This document shows positions 21,701-32,100 of a stretch of DNA of 64,000 nt, one piece after another. The stretch is from positions 34,349 to 98,348 of the forward strand of contig CAXPEB010000066.1 of assembly GCA_964215915.1 (NCBI GenBank). The letters are read 5' to 3'. Each line of letters begins with the position of its first letter. Position 1 is the first letter of the stretch. Source of the stretch: Bacteroidia bacterium (GTDB lineage: Bacteria; Bacteroidota; Bacteroidia; UBA8524). The notes beneath the pieces are model-generated. The model was not told the origin of the DNA and did no database searches. It was given only the letters and a program-made list of their open reading frames with translations. A program made the position numbers and the translations under genes.

Positions 21701-24594
21701 TATTCTTCGGAGAGCCTGGTGTTTATGATGTCTGCCTGACTGCCGAAAACGGCCTGGGTACTTCTGCACAAAAATGTAAGTCGCTTTACATCACCGTACG
21801 TGACGTGAACAATATGTGTATCGGTAACCTGAGCTCTGAAGCAGCTACCGGTGAGATCTACGATTCGGGTGGTCCTGACGGTCCTTACGGAAACAACGAA
21901 AACTGTTTCTTCCTCATCGAGCCTTGTGCCTCTTCGGTAACCCTTAAGTTCTCTGAGTTCAATCTGGCTAACTCCGGTCACTTCCTGAAAGTGTATGACG
22001 GTGTGGATCAGAACGGAACCCTGCTGGGAACATTCAGCAGCAGTTCCGGACTTCCCGGAGGAACCAACGGTTTGACTGCAAACAGTGGATCCATGTACCT
22101 CAGCTGGACAACTTCAGCTACCGGAAGTGCAGGCGGATTTGCCGCTACCTGGACCAGCGTTCCGAAAAGCGGAAATACACTTACAGCAGGTTTTGACCTG
22201 CCGGATAGTGCTTTCGTTCTTGAAACCGTTGATTTCACCAATACTTCTACCGGCAGTGGTTTGACCTACAGCTGGGATGTTGATGGAGACGGAAACGAAG
22301 ATGCTCAGTCCAGAGACGTACAGTATATCTTCAGCTTTGACGGCACTTACTACCCACGCCTTACCATTAGCGATGCCTGTGGAAACAGCCAGTCCATCGT
22401 AGACACGATCGTAGTAGTTACTCCTACTACGGCTCCTGTTGCTGACTTCACTGCAGATGCACGTGTGGTAAACGTAGGGGATACGGTTAAACTGAAAGAC
22501 CTGAGCACTAATGGTGCAATTAGCTGGAACTACACTTTCTCACCGGGTAACGCTTCCATCGTAGGAGGTACTTCCCGTGATCCTTTTGTGACTTTCTCAG
22601 CAGTGGGCACTTATGATGTAACACTTGATGCCGATAACGCCGCCGGTACCGGTAGCGTAACCAAAACAGCCTATATCAATGTGGTGAACTACTGTGAGCC
22701 TGATGTGAGCACCCTGGTGCCGGATATCGGAATTAACAGAGTTAGCCTGACCACTATGGCCAATAACTCTGCATCCGGAGTACGTGCATTTACCAGCTAT
22801 TTCGGAGATCCTTCCATAACTCCTGCTCAACTGGATGCGGGTGGAACTTACGACCTGCAGGTATCTCGTAACACTACGCTGAATGCCATGAACCGTAAGG
22901 TGTGGATTGATTACAACGGCGACGGTGACTTTGATGATGCCAACGAATTGGTTGGTCATGAAACAGCGGCTAACACCGCTACCTGGACCCTTAACTTTAC
23001 CGTTCCGGTATCTGCCCTTCGCGGTGCTACCCGGATGCGCGTGGGTACGGCCTTTGCCGATTCAACCAACGAGCCTTGCGGTACCAACTTCTTCGGTGAA
23101 GTAGAGGAATACCGTGTAGTGATCAATGATGATATCACACCTCCGGTAATCACCCGTATCGGCGGTTCTCCGCAGTACATTGATCTGGGTCAGACTTATA
23201 CCGATTCGGGAGCTACTGCGACTGACGCTGTTGATGGAAACCTGACTTCAGCCATTGTCGTGACTAACAATGTCAACATCAATGTGTCGGGTACCTATTA
23301 TGTGTACTACAACGTAACGGATGCTGCCGGTAATGCTGCCGCAGAAGTAAGCCGTGAAGTCATTGTTAGACCTGACCTCACACCGCCTATCCTGCAATTG
23401 GCTTCACCGACTGTGATCACAATTCCATTGCTTGGAACCTTTGCCGAGCCGGGTTATTCCGCTCAGGATGCGATTTCCGGAAATGTAACCGGAAGCGTAC
23501 AGGTTGATCGCTCTGCCTTCGATAGCACCAAAGTGGGAACTTACGCCATCGTTTATGTGGCTTCCGATGCCTTTGGCAACACCGATACCGCTTACCGTAT
23601 AGTAAACGTGATCGATGACATTGCACCGGTAATTACCCTCAACGGAACTGACCCGATGAATATTGAAGTGTTCAATACCTTCAACGACCCGGGTGTAACC
23701 GTTTCCGATAACTACGATGCCGTTGTGAATGCAAGTGTCAGCAGCAATGTGGACGAAAATGTGGTAGGAACGTATACCATCACATACGAGGCTAAGGATT
23801 CCAGCGGAAACATCAGCTTCCTTACCCGTACCGTAAATGTGCATGACACTACTGCACCGGTTCTCATGGTAGCCAATACCGATACCATTGTGGTGGAAGT
23901 ATTCGGTAACATCGTTCTGCCGGACAACAGCGCTACGGATAACTACGATACCGATCCGCAAGTAAATATTACCGGAACTTATGACCTGGATGTTCTTGGT
24001 GAATACACCATTACACTGGTTGCAGAAGATGCTGAAGGTAATCAGTCTGCAGGTGTTGACATCGTGATTCAGGTAGTAGATACCGAAGCACCGGTAATTA
24101 CCCTGAACGGAAGTTACCTGACCACCATCATGCGCTGGAGCACCTTCAATGACCCGGGTGTTACCATTACCGATAACTACTATACCGGACTTACCGCCAC
24201 TACAGGAGGAAACTTTGTAACTACCTCCGAAGAAGGCCTGTACTATATTACCTATGATGTAACTGATCCTTCCGGAAACGTTGCAATGCAGGTAACACGA
24301 GCCATCAATGTAGTGGAAAACACCACTGGCGTGGAAGAGGTGAATGGATTGAACATCTCCATGTATCCGAACCCGGCTAACAGTAGTGTGGAAATATCAC
24401 TGAGCAATGCTTCCGTTGCTTTGGATGATGTTGTGATCGTAAACAGCCTCGGCCAGCAGGTAATGCTGCACAAAGTAGCCGCCGGAGCACGTAAGACCAC
24501 CATCGATCTCCAATCACTTACACCTGGTGTATACTATGTGAAAGTGAGCAGTGCCGGTAAAACTGCAGTGAAAAAACTGGTGATAAGCAGATAA
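15712..24594 (+). CDS. Large T9SS cargo / putative adhesin 2 (~2960 aa): GEVED - 3x(Ig-like + beta-helix module) - PKD-PKD-CUB-PKD-PKD - GEVED - 5x DUF5011 - type A CTD
   Basis: Start placed at ATG 15712 (MKARVLLQ...WARG-Q signal peptide; ATG 15688 also possible) because the ORF-track start runs through the hairpin. GDVEDY and GEVEEY; three modules each ending DID(G/N)DxR..GADE; CTD MYPNPANS...GVYYVKV...KKLVI. Confidence 0.85.
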   Translation: MKARVLLQSLFFLIALTAGPWARGQSYCTPSFTNLNSYNCGISALTMGSLYNSTGTNYQQPYTDFSASMFVSYTAGATVNYSVLAGPSNSTNVAVYIDWNNDYNFSASEKMDESGQFNSNSTYNGSFDVPITQTPGVYRMRVAGDIGFISPPGPCSMTYSGDVEDYSFVVLNNSLDVMAIDANKTLNIGNNTISLTFANVTQGTTVNTVDIGYSLNNGTPVTQSLSSLGLTQGGIQSVNFSQLLNISTPGIYTLKVWVRNPNGQGGGINTNDTITRVIQACYPLNGTYTIDPNGSGGSNFTTFEDAVSQLITCGVNGPVDFQIASGTYAEQISIPEISGASSTNTIRFVGAGRSSTTLTYANQDNDKRHTLQFNGASYISFENMTIRSTNGSFGWTVHLTGSGGVHDIKLRKLDILCDGGGTSTTNNNFIGVAFSASSSNNTSNVLAYNNLVDSCLITGGYCGISFYGVTSNNSNYGNYFTNNTIQDAYYYGIYTGYLHEMKIMGNVITPRTTGNTTTNSQGIYSANSSNSYPLLHEISGNRIYNCGTYGIYLTSSSGSVGSRGVIKNNMIGGDFRSTSNNYGIYMNYSYWWNVYNNSINMNSNPSGDNVGFYTTNNSNQFNLDVRNNMIQVTGTSGNLLALFASDATVFSNLDYNNYVVKNGPNLINIGQSLSAANFKGAYSFNSNSFSIESPFQSSTNLRYSNGCVTGIQLAEVTKDIDGDTRTSTPNVGADEFINASTNDIGILSIVSPSTQVSPGAQDVVVRLKNFGTNTITSAQISYMHNGGTPVTISWSGVLLPCGEVDITFTGSNQVTIVAGINNIHAYTTLPNGAADNFPGNDGTETQVCPAMSGNFTIDQNGSGGSNFKSFKAAVDALSCSGLNGPVYFSVAAGNYNEQIEIRNIQGSSSVNTITFDGGDGNAASRVLTFSNAQNTNRHTLLLDNVKYLTLRNISVLGQSPNYGWVIHLFGNGNENISIENCRVGLSGSPASSTSSNFIPIVACNNSTSQYNNATFKNITVDSCEILRGYFGIFFYGNNNSNNTDIFVTNNYFDQPYYYGYYHYYTNAVKVENNVVRMRPGNTNSYGFYMTSTYATGSSFTSFANNIITNAGRYGIYLSSVDNNSSSKKGEIVNNMIGGGFTHSSSVGLYMSSCDAWNIYHNSINIDYRITSSTSAAWYASSCTQLDARNNVFALTNPSQNSGSVFPVYMNGSSGLVCDYNNYYKPGSTSNFIRINGSNYNASNFIGGGGFNNNSYFRYPEFISSMDLHSNNGCLIGTQLASVTKDIDGDNRPSNPSLGADEGYSLDANVSAIIAPSGTTVTGTQDVIYRVKNGGKTTITSFTAYYSINGGAPVSQNWTGTMDPCDSVTITFTGGQAAAIPNSGVVTLAAYIGGVNGGNDDNQLNDSTSNAYCNGPMSGVYTVIPGNAANRNFPDLATVMNVLNSCGMSGDVELQIGTGVFQNQVLLDPNQISGLASYRLSFIGVDSASSIITYNSGGYTVRLNGADNVTFRNLGIHNTGTSSAFAVHLTNGADNNLFEHCHISAPSVSNTSVIAFGIMGPSYTNTGQIWGQNNTLQDSRIEGGYRTVHIYGSGNSSLLAPSNRVLRNYIVDGYNYSVYFYFQSSPELVDNYITAPSTASAVSYYSYCESIKVERNFIYGANQYGLYLTQCNPSTSYPTGVVTNNMIGGQSNTGTPYGIYTINTYNMNFFHNSIYMNGNGNTSRAFYQSNGSGNQLVNNIFVSDAPNGHAMYLNSNNAFNTVDYNILYSASANLAYTWGTTFYDMASLQASNANFNVNSLSQFPNFINVAGVEPNLHLTSDVAAPQGDNTLGVNVDIDNDSRCPVSKTIGADESEYIDAVTIRFTMSDTVFVNAPFTAINADIPGSLRSYEWDFGNDGSIDATTFNATYAFNTTGVKEVKLKSSSCNGADSLILTVVVINPTAIPQADFISDKYTLAPFETMKLQDLSTNGPTAWTWSITPNPNGLVFYDPYAQNPEVFFGEPGVYDVCLTAENGLGTSAQKCKSLYITVRDVNNMCIGNLSSEAATGEIYDSGGPDGPYGNNENCFFLIEPCASSVTLKFSEFNLANSGHFLKVYDGVDQNGTLLGTFSSSSGLPGGTNGLTANSGSMYLSWTTSATGSAGGFAATWTSVPKSGNTLTAGFDLPDSAFVLETVDFTNTSTGSGLTYSWDVDGDGNEDAQSRDVQYIFSFDGTYYPRLTISDACGNSQSIVDTIVVVTPTTAPVADFTADARVVNVGDTVKLKDLSTNGAISWNYTFSPGNASIVGGTSRDPFVTFSAVGTYDVTLDADNAAGTGSVTKTAYINVVNYCEPDVSTLVPDIGINRVSLTTMANNSASGVRAFTSYFGDPSITPAQLDAGGTYDLQVSRNTTLNAMNRKVWIDYNGDGDFDDANELVGHETAANTATWTLNFTVPVSALRGATRMRVGTAFADSTNEPCGTNFFGEVEEYRVVINDDITPPVITRIGGSPQYIDLGQTYTDSGATATDAVDGNLTSAIVVTNNVNINVSGTYYVYYNVTDAAGNAAAEVSREVIVRPDLTPPILQLASPTVITIPLLGTFAEPGYSAQDAISGNVTGSVQVDRSAFDSTKVGTYAIVYVASDAFGNTDTAYRIVNVIDDIAPVITLNGTDPMNIEVFNTFNDPGVTVSDNYDAVVNASVSSNVDENVVGTYTITYEAKDSSGNISFLTRTVNVHDTTAPVLMVANTDTIVVEVFGNIVLPDNSATDNYDTDPQVNITGTYDLDVLGEYTITLVAEDAEGNQSAGVDIVIQVVDTEAPVITLNGSYLTTIMRWSTFNDPGVTITDNYYTGLTATTGGNFVTTSEEGLYYITYDVTDPSGNVAMQVTRAINVVENTTGVEEVNGLNISMYPNPANSSVEISLSNASVALDDVVIVNSLGQQVMLHKVAAGARKTTIDLQSLTPGVYYVKVSSAGKTAVKKLVISR

Positions 24595-24610
24595 TTAATA
24601 AGGGAAATAA

Positions 24611-24637
24611 GGGGAGGCGTAATGCCTCCCCGTTTTT
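24611..24637 (+). terminator. Intergenic hairpin
   Basis: GGGGAGGC-gtaat-GCCTCCCC followed by GTTTTT. Confidence 0.7.
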
Positions 24638-24649
24638 AAATAATTAGCG

Positions 24650-27600
24650 ATGACCACATCAATACACAAAAAAATTACAAAAGGCTTCCGGAACGGGTTG
24701 CTGTTTGCCGCATTGGGAGTGGGACTCCCTGTGTTTGCTCAGTACTCTTCTTCCGAAGCTATTCAGAATACCCAGGATTGTTTTCCCGGAATGAATAATG
24801 CTTCCGTACTGGAAGTACAGGTAGTGACTTCGGGAAGTTCTTCTGTGTTGACTGCCATGCAGTTCAATACCAATGGAACCAACAATACATCCAACCTGGA
24901 GTCTGCAAAGTTATACTACTATAACGGCGGCTCCTTCAATGCTCCGTTGACAAACGCCACCCAGGTTGGTTCGGTGGTAAACAGCCCGAATGGCTCCTTT
25001 AGCTTTACCGGGATGAGTGTCAACCTGAGTTCTGGGACCAACCGTTTCTACCTGGTATACGATCTTCCGTATACGGCTAGTGTCGGAGATTACATCGATG
25101 CCGAATGTACTTCTATCACTGTTGACGGAAATTCGGAAACACCTTCGGTTACCGCACCGAGCGGGGAACGCGAAATCGTGAAAAACGGAGTGGCGTATAA
25201 CTACTGTCCGTATAACGCGTTGGTGTTGGGAAACTACCAAATTGGTATTTCCCGTCTTCAGCTGGGATCCATGGTTATCACCAATGTGATCGCTACGTCC
25301 GGTACGGTGCAGACCATCGATACTCCGGTTATGACGCTCATCAAAGGCGTTACCTATGACCTGAGTTATCGTGGAGGTTCCGGGAATAACCAGAACGAAA
25401 AGATCTATGTGGATTTCAATAATGACGGTTTCTACGAAGAATCAGAAGCTATCTTCTCCGGAGTAACACCGGCAAGTACGGAAACAACCGGAACGATTGA
25501 CGTTGACTGCGGTCTGGAAAACGGTATCCACCGGGTACGTATTGCCACAGACTTGAACGGAGTTGTACCGTATGCCTGCGGTCAGAACTTTTACGGTACT
25601 GCCTTTGAGGTGCTGGTTGACTTCCAGGATGCTCCTCAGCCGACAGCGGCTTTTGATGCACCGGCAACTGCCTACAGAGGTGCTTATATTCCATTACCGA
25701 ACAACTCTCAGGGACTTAGCTACGACTACCGCTGGGATTATGACAACGACGGAACGGTTGATGCCACCACAATTGACGGAGAAGCACAGTATACTACTGC
25801 CGGCAATAAAACCGTGGAACTTGCCATGAGCAAGAACAGCTGCGGTAACATGCTTAGCGACAGTACAACCAAGCAGATCAATGTAATTGACCCTCCCGCG
25901 GTTCCGTCCTGCGAGTTCATCGCTAACCGTAACGTTACCAACCAGACGCTGGAAGTTCGTTTTAAGGATCTGAGTACCAACGGTGCCAACAAATGGCACT
26001 GGAAAATTACACCGGAAAACGTAAACGGTAACGTTGCCTATGTATACGCCAATGGAACCGATTCCACTTCGCAGAACCCTGTTGTTCTGTTCCTGGAACT
26101 GGGAGCTTATAACGTAGAATTCTATTCCGAAAACGTAATTGGTGCAGGAAACTATATTTCCAAACCCGATTATATCCGGAATATTGCCATTAATGATTTC
26201 TGTTCTATTACCAGCACTACATCTGAATCAGGATTTATTGCCGACGAAGGCGGGGTATTCTCTAACTACCCCAATTATGCCACCGTGGGTAACCTTTGCG
26301 GGTTCCTGATCAAACCGACTTGTGCGTCGACCATCAGTTTCAATTTCCTGGATTTTGACATGAGTTCATACCAGGTAACAAACTGTAATATCCCCGGAAG
26401 CAATCCTCCAGTATTGCAGCCCAGTGACCATGTGAAGATCTATGATGGAGTAGATAATACAGGAATCCCGCTTCACGTTGCTGCTGGTTTCCCTAATGGA
26501 TTTACCAACGGACCTGCCAATACGCCGCTGCCTTCTCTTCCTCCAACTGTAACCGCAACTTCAGGCTCTATGTATATTGAGTACTCTGTAAACTGCGCGT
26601 TCAACGGAAGAGGATTCCTCGGAGAATGGTCAAGTACGCCGAAAACACTCCCCACACCGGTGGCCTCTTTTGATGGCCCGGATACGGTATACACGGATGC
26701 CCCTTACATCTTTACCAATACCAGTACCGGTGATTTTGACGAAAGCTCCTGGGATTATGACAACAATGGTCTCAATGATTTCAGCGGTAAGGATGCCGAG
26801 ATTACCTTTACTCAACCTGGTGTTCAAACCATAAAACTGTACGTGGCCCGTTGCGGAAACGGAAGCGACTTTACCAAAGATGTGGTAGTTCTTGCTCCTA
26901 CTTCTGCTCCTGTTGTGGAGTTTGAAGCTACACGTACTGCCTGTATCGTACAGGACACCATTCGTTTGATTGACCGTTCGGATAACGGCCCGAACAGCTG
27001 GAAATGGACCATTACGCCTTCTGCTGACGTAGAATATGTAAGCGGATCTAACAGTACTTCCCGGAATCCTTTCGTGAAATTTAAAAAGACCGGAATGTAT
27101 GAGGTCAAACTGGTTGCCTCCAACTCGCTTGGTGCTGACAGCCTCGTGAAAAGCAGCTACATCGGAGTATTTGCTTATTGTACACCGAATAGCATTAACC
27201 TCAGTGCGGATATCGGCATGTCGCAAGTAGAATTTGCAGGAATTAACCGCAGCAGTGATGTTGGTGTGAACAGCTACATTCAATTCGACGACGAAGCAAC
27301 AGTACAACAAGGAGCTACTTACCCTATCACCCTTAACCGTACTACCAACTTCAATAACATCAGTTATAAAGTATGGATAGATTTCAATAAGAACGGTTCG
27401 TTTAACGATGCGGGTGAAGAGGTGTTCTTCGAACCCTCCTCATCTGCGTTGACTGTTAACGGTTCCATCCGTATCCCGAAATCGGCATCTGAAGGCGTTA
27501 CCAGAATGCGTGTGGGAGCCAATACTGCCGGTAATATGAATATGTCTTGCGGACCTAACCAGTTCGGTGAATTCGAAGATTACAGGATCTCTATCCTGAC

Positions 27601-29068
27601 CGATACCGAAAAACCGGTTATTAGCCTGATTGGTAACCCGATTATTTATATCGAGCGAGGGTTCACTTACAATGACCAGGGTGCTACTGCATTCGATAAT
27701 TCTGACGGTGATATCACTTCCCTGATCCAGGTGAACGATAACCTGGATGTTACACAAACAGGAGAATACTGGTATTCTTACAACGTAACCGATTCTGCAG
27801 GTAATAAAGCCGACAGTGTAATCCGCAGAATAATTGTACAACCTGACGGTTCCGGACCGGTAATTACACTAACGGGAGGAGATACCATCTTCCATGAAGT
27901 AAATACCACATGGAATGATCCTGGTGTGAATGCTGTTGACTTTGTAGACGGAGTGATTAGCGTGATCAATACTTCCGGTTCCGTGAATTCTTCACAACTG
28001 GGAACCTATTACATCACCTATTCTGCTTCTGACCTGCAGGGTAATACTTCTACCGGACAACGGGTTGTGAAGGTAGTGGATCAGACCGCACCAACACTGA
28101 CATTGCTGGGAGCTGACCCGCTGATCCTGGATTACGGAACTCCTTTTGCCGACCCCGGTGTGACCGTTAATGACAACTACTATGCAGGTCTCAACTACAC
28201 ACGTACCGGTGTTGTGAATACCAAAATAATCGGTCAGGTAGTAGTTACCTACGGAGCTAAAGATCCTTCCGGTAATGTGGCCAACACCATCACCCGTACC
28301 ATTGAAGTGAAGGATGTGTCCGCTCCGAAAATTGTACTCTTCGGAAGAGATACCATGACTATCGATGTATTCGATAAGTATGTGGAGCCGGGATACAGTG
28401 TGAGCGATAACCACACCAAAGGACTGAGCGTAAACGTAACCGGTGTCGTAAACTCTTCGGTACTGGGTGAGTATACCCTGACCTATACATCCACCGATTC
28501 CAGTGGAAATGTGGCTACCCTTGACCGCGTAGTTAATGTTGTTGACCGTGAAGCTCCGGTGATTATCCTTAAAGGCTCTTCGCTGATCTACATCAACCGT
28601 TTTGATGATATCCTTGATCCCGGAGTTACCATCCAGGACAACTATGATTCCGAGGCTTCACTGCAAGCGAATCTGATTATCCTTGACGGGGTAGTTACCG
28701 ATCAGGAAGGCCTGTACCAATACTGCTACGAAGTCACTGACAACTCTGGTAATAGAGCCGTTCAGGTATGCAGACTGGTGAATGTAGGACCGGCTGACCC
28801 GAATGGAGTCAACCTGGCAGCTGATGGAAACATCCGTGTATATCCGAACCCGAGCAACGGCCCGGTATGGGTAGAACTGGATGCCAACATGCAGGCTACC
28901 CAGGTAAAAGTATACGATGCACGTGGCGCAGTGGTGAAAACCCAAACTGTTGATAAACAAATTGATAAGGTTCGTTTGGATATGGAAGGTATTGAGCCGG
29001 GTATTTATTATATTGTAGTAAATGCCGGAGACAAGACCTATACTGCTAAACTCAACTTCATGGAATAA
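24650..29068 (+). CDS. Large T9SS cargo / putative adhesin 3: BNR-associated N-terminal-like domain - GEVED-like - PKD-PKD-CUB-PKD-PKD - GEVED - 5x DUF5011 - type A CTD
   Basis: Signal peptide ending VFA-Q; N-terminal VLEVQVVTSG...NLESAKLYY...LSSGTNRFYLVYDL...GDYIDA resembles the domain N-terminal to Bacteroides BNR sialidases; no beta-helix; GEFEDY; CTD VYPNPSNG...GIYYIVV. Confidence 0.82.
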   Translation: MTTSIHKKITKGFRNGLLFAALGVGLPVFAQYSSSEAIQNTQDCFPGMNNASVLEVQVVTSGSSSVLTAMQFNTNGTNNTSNLESAKLYYYNGGSFNAPLTNATQVGSVVNSPNGSFSFTGMSVNLSSGTNRFYLVYDLPYTASVGDYIDAECTSITVDGNSETPSVTAPSGEREIVKNGVAYNYCPYNALVLGNYQIGISRLQLGSMVITNVIATSGTVQTIDTPVMTLIKGVTYDLSYRGGSGNNQNEKIYVDFNNDGFYEESEAIFSGVTPASTETTGTIDVDCGLENGIHRVRIATDLNGVVPYACGQNFYGTAFEVLVDFQDAPQPTAAFDAPATAYRGAYIPLPNNSQGLSYDYRWDYDNDGTVDATTIDGEAQYTTAGNKTVELAMSKNSCGNMLSDSTTKQINVIDPPAVPSCEFIANRNVTNQTLEVRFKDLSTNGANKWHWKITPENVNGNVAYVYANGTDSTSQNPVVLFLELGAYNVEFYSENVIGAGNYISKPDYIRNIAINDFCSITSTTSESGFIADEGGVFSNYPNYATVGNLCGFLIKPTCASTISFNFLDFDMSSYQVTNCNIPGSNPPVLQPSDHVKIYDGVDNTGIPLHVAAGFPNGFTNGPANTPLPSLPPTVTATSGSMYIEYSVNCAFNGRGFLGEWSSTPKTLPTPVASFDGPDTVYTDAPYIFTNTSTGDFDESSWDYDNNGLNDFSGKDAEITFTQPGVQTIKLYVARCGNGSDFTKDVVVLAPTSAPVVEFEATRTACIVQDTIRLIDRSDNGPNSWKWTITPSADVEYVSGSNSTSRNPFVKFKKTGMYEVKLVASNSLGADSLVKSSYIGVFAYCTPNSINLSADIGMSQVEFAGINRSSDVGVNSYIQFDDEATVQQGATYPITLNRTTNFNNISYKVWIDFNKNGSFNDAGEEVFFEPSSSALTVNGSIRIPKSASEGVTRMRVGANTAGNMNMSCGPNQFGEFEDYRISILTDTEKPVISLIGNPIIYIERGFTYNDQGATAFDNSDGDITSLIQVNDNLDVTQTGEYWYSYNVTDSAGNKADSVIRRIIVQPDGSGPVITLTGGDTIFHEVNTTWNDPGVNAVDFVDGVISVINTSGSVNSSQLGTYYITYSASDLQGNTSTGQRVVKVVDQTAPTLTLLGADPLILDYGTPFADPGVTVNDNYYAGLNYTRTGVVNTKIIGQVVVTYGAKDPSGNVANTITRTIEVKDVSAPKIVLFGRDTMTIDVFDKYVEPGYSVSDNHTKGLSVNVTGVVNSSVLGEYTLTYTSTDSSGNVATLDRVVNVVDREAPVIILKGSSLIYINRFDDILDPGVTIQDNYDSEASLQANLIILDGVVTDQEGLYQYCYEVTDNSGNRAVQVCRLVNVGPADPNGVNLAADGNIRVYPNPSNGPVWVELDANMQATQVKVYDARGAVVKTQTVDKQIDKVRLDMEGIEPGIYYIVVNAGDKTYTAKLNFME

Positions 29069-29092
29069 TCAATTCAAATGGGAACAATAGAG

Positions 29093-29122
29093 AATGTCCC
29101 CCGGCAATCCGGGGGGCATTTT
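29093..29122 (+). terminator. Intergenic hairpin
   Basis: AATGTCCCCCGG-caat-CCGGGGGGCATT followed by TT. Confidence 0.6.
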
Positions 29123-29141
29123 CCTGTTTAAAAGGGAGGAC

Positions 29142-32100
29142 ATGAAAAGGAACAATTTACCAGGGGTACGAATCACAATTTGGCTATTGGGAATTGTTTT
29201 CTTTTTGCCCGGGTTTTCACAGCGCCTGGAATGGAGCGAGTTGGATGAAAACCAGGCGGAGTTTGGCTTTATTGGCTATAAAGGAGCCAGGAAAAATGTT
29301 ACCATAGATGGCAGCGGAAACATTATCAGTTGTGCTCCATTCGGGAATCAGGTCTATGTAGGGGCCAATGTTCACAATGCGGCTTTTGAGACCTTGATTG
29401 TTAAAAGAAGCCCTGATGGTCAGGTAATCTGGTCACGTACCCTGAATGGAACCGGCTTTAAATCCGGGCACAGTATTCACGCAGATTCCGTCGGTAATAT
29501 TTATGTGTTAGGTTGGTACTACGGCAACTCCTCTATCCAGGGAACCAACCTTTATTCTTACGGCAATTACGATTGCTTTGTAGTGAAGCTAAATGCAGCG
29601 GGCCAAATTATTTATACCCGCACTTTCGGGGGCTCTGGCTACGATTATCCGATTGCCATAACAAGCGATCCGGACGGGCATGCCTACATCGCCGGCAGAC
29701 TCTCCCTCACGTTGCAATGCGGCCCGATGACGTTGGTCACCATGTCTGCTTCCAGTCATTTTTTGCTTTGTTTGGATGCTACGGGAAGTCCCGTCTACTT
29801 AAGGAATGTTTGCCAAAAGGCCGGGACCGATTGGGGAAAAGGAGACCTTAGCAGAAGTTACCAGGGCAAGCTCGCCATGGTTTCTACCTATTTAAATAAT
29901 TCCGGTTTTCAGGGTTTTTCGCTGAACGGTTCAGGAGGTTATCTGGCGATAATCGATGAAACCAATGGCGACATTGAACACGTGGTGAAGGCTGGAGCCG
30001 AAGCCTGGGTGGTTGACCATGAACCGGGTGGCAATGTGGTGGTACTTGGATTACAGCAGTCTTCTACTGACAGTGTAGGGGGAAATGAATTACCCGTTCT
30101 CAACACAGCCAACCAGTTGTTTCTGGCACGAGTCAGTGGCAATGGGGTAACAAGCCGTATCAGGGTCATGCCCAAGATTAACGGAAATTATCAAAACAAT
30201 GAAGGTATCCGGGGTTTGCATATCAGTCAGGCTGGTGAGCTTTTTCTCTCCGGAGAGATGACATCACCGTTCCTGGCTTCTCCGAATAAAACCGTCAATA
30301 TGAATCTGGCGCATAACAGCAGCAAACCCCAGGCGGTATTGTTCAAGATGAACGAACAGTTCGAATGCCTTTGGTTTGTCGGAGTTGGTTCTGTTGATAC
30401 CCTGGCTCAACCGAACTCAAACCTTGGTTGTGGAGTCTATACCGATCCGTTGGGCAATATTGTGTGGTGTACGATGAATGAAGCCAACTCCGTAGTACGA
30501 AGTAAACTGCTGTTGAATAATGATACCTTCATTACGGATAGCCTGCGGTCACGTTTTGAAGCCTATGGCATTCATTACTGGAAGTTCAGTGAACCGTTTA
30601 TCCGTACCCTGGACCCGACGAACAATGCTTACTGTCCGGGAGATACCCTAACCGCCAATTTTGTTAAAAATGGCATTTTCAATCAGGGAAACCGTTTTTA
30701 CCTGGAATTATCAGACAGTGTGGGCTCTTTTGAGTACCCCTTAGTGCTTGATTCCCTGCAGGATACCGGTGTGGTAACGTTAAAGGGGGCGATACCTTTG
30801 TTCCAAACTCCTTCCGGACAGTACCGTTACCGTGTTCGTTCGGATAATCCGGCCGTTTATGGTTCTATTTCCTCCCTGCCCATAGAAGTCAGAGGGAAAC
30901 CCAATGCCGATGCTGGCCCTGACTTTCTTTTTTGTCTCGGTGATACAGTGTATATCGAGGGTAGTGGCGGAGGCAGTTATCGGTGGGAACCGCATGCCGG
31001 TTCAATTCAAACGGATTCGGCTATGCTGATCACCCTGCCGAATAACCATTCAACCTACATACTCCGTGTTACTGACTCGGTCAGTACTTGTATTAATTAC
31101 GATACCGTCAGTATTCAGTACCGTCAGGCAGTTAAGCTGAAACCGATGAACGATTCGTTGCTTTGTGCCGGGCAAAGGGCGGTTTTTTATGGGGGAATCC
31201 TGGAAGGGGATACTTCCCGGGCGGCTTATACCTGGCTGGATTCGTCAGGCAACATACTTGCTCAGGCAGATTCCCTGGTGTTGTTTGCTAACAATCCGCA
31301 AAGGATAACACTCATTGCCTGGGATTCCTGTTCGATTCTTCGGGATACCTTGCATTTCCATACTTCCATCCGGGATCCGCTTTCCATCCGGGTAACTCCC
31401 GACACCCTGCTCTGTTTCAATAGCCAGTCGCAAATCACGGCTACTGCTTCCGGAGGCGAACAATCCGGCTATCGCTTTCTCTGGTATGATGCACAAAGCA
31501 ATGCGCTCAGGAAAGTAGGTGCTACAATGGATACCCTCCTTACCGATTCTCTTCGCCTGAGGGTGAAGGTGGAAGACGGGTGTTCGGCTGTTCCCGACAG
31601 TTCGGAAGTACTGTTGCGCGTGTCGCAAATTCCTGCTGTAGACCTTCCGGATACGGTATTTGCCTGTTATGGAGATAGCATTTACCTGCATGCCACTACC
31701 TCCGGAGGTTACCCGGCACCTTTCAATTATTCATGGAAATCAGGTCCCTATGGGACAAGTGATAGTTTCCTCATAGTGGCCTCGGCCAATGAAACCGTGG
31801 GACTTAGGGTAAGAGATGCCTGTGGTATTTTGGCTTCTACAAAGACCCTGTTGCAGGTTAGGGTGCCAAAGAATATCCAGATTCGTCAGGATACACTGGT
31901 ATGCGTAGGTGAACAGGTGCTGATTTATGCTTCCGGTGCGGAACAGGATACCGGTCAATACGGTTTTTACTGGGAGGGAGACACCCTCTCTTCCAATTAT
32001 TTTTACCGTACATTTTATGAAGATCAGGTGCTCCATCTGCGTATTGTGGATCAATGCGATGAGAGTGAGCAACTGGATTCTGTACGGATAGATGTTCGTG

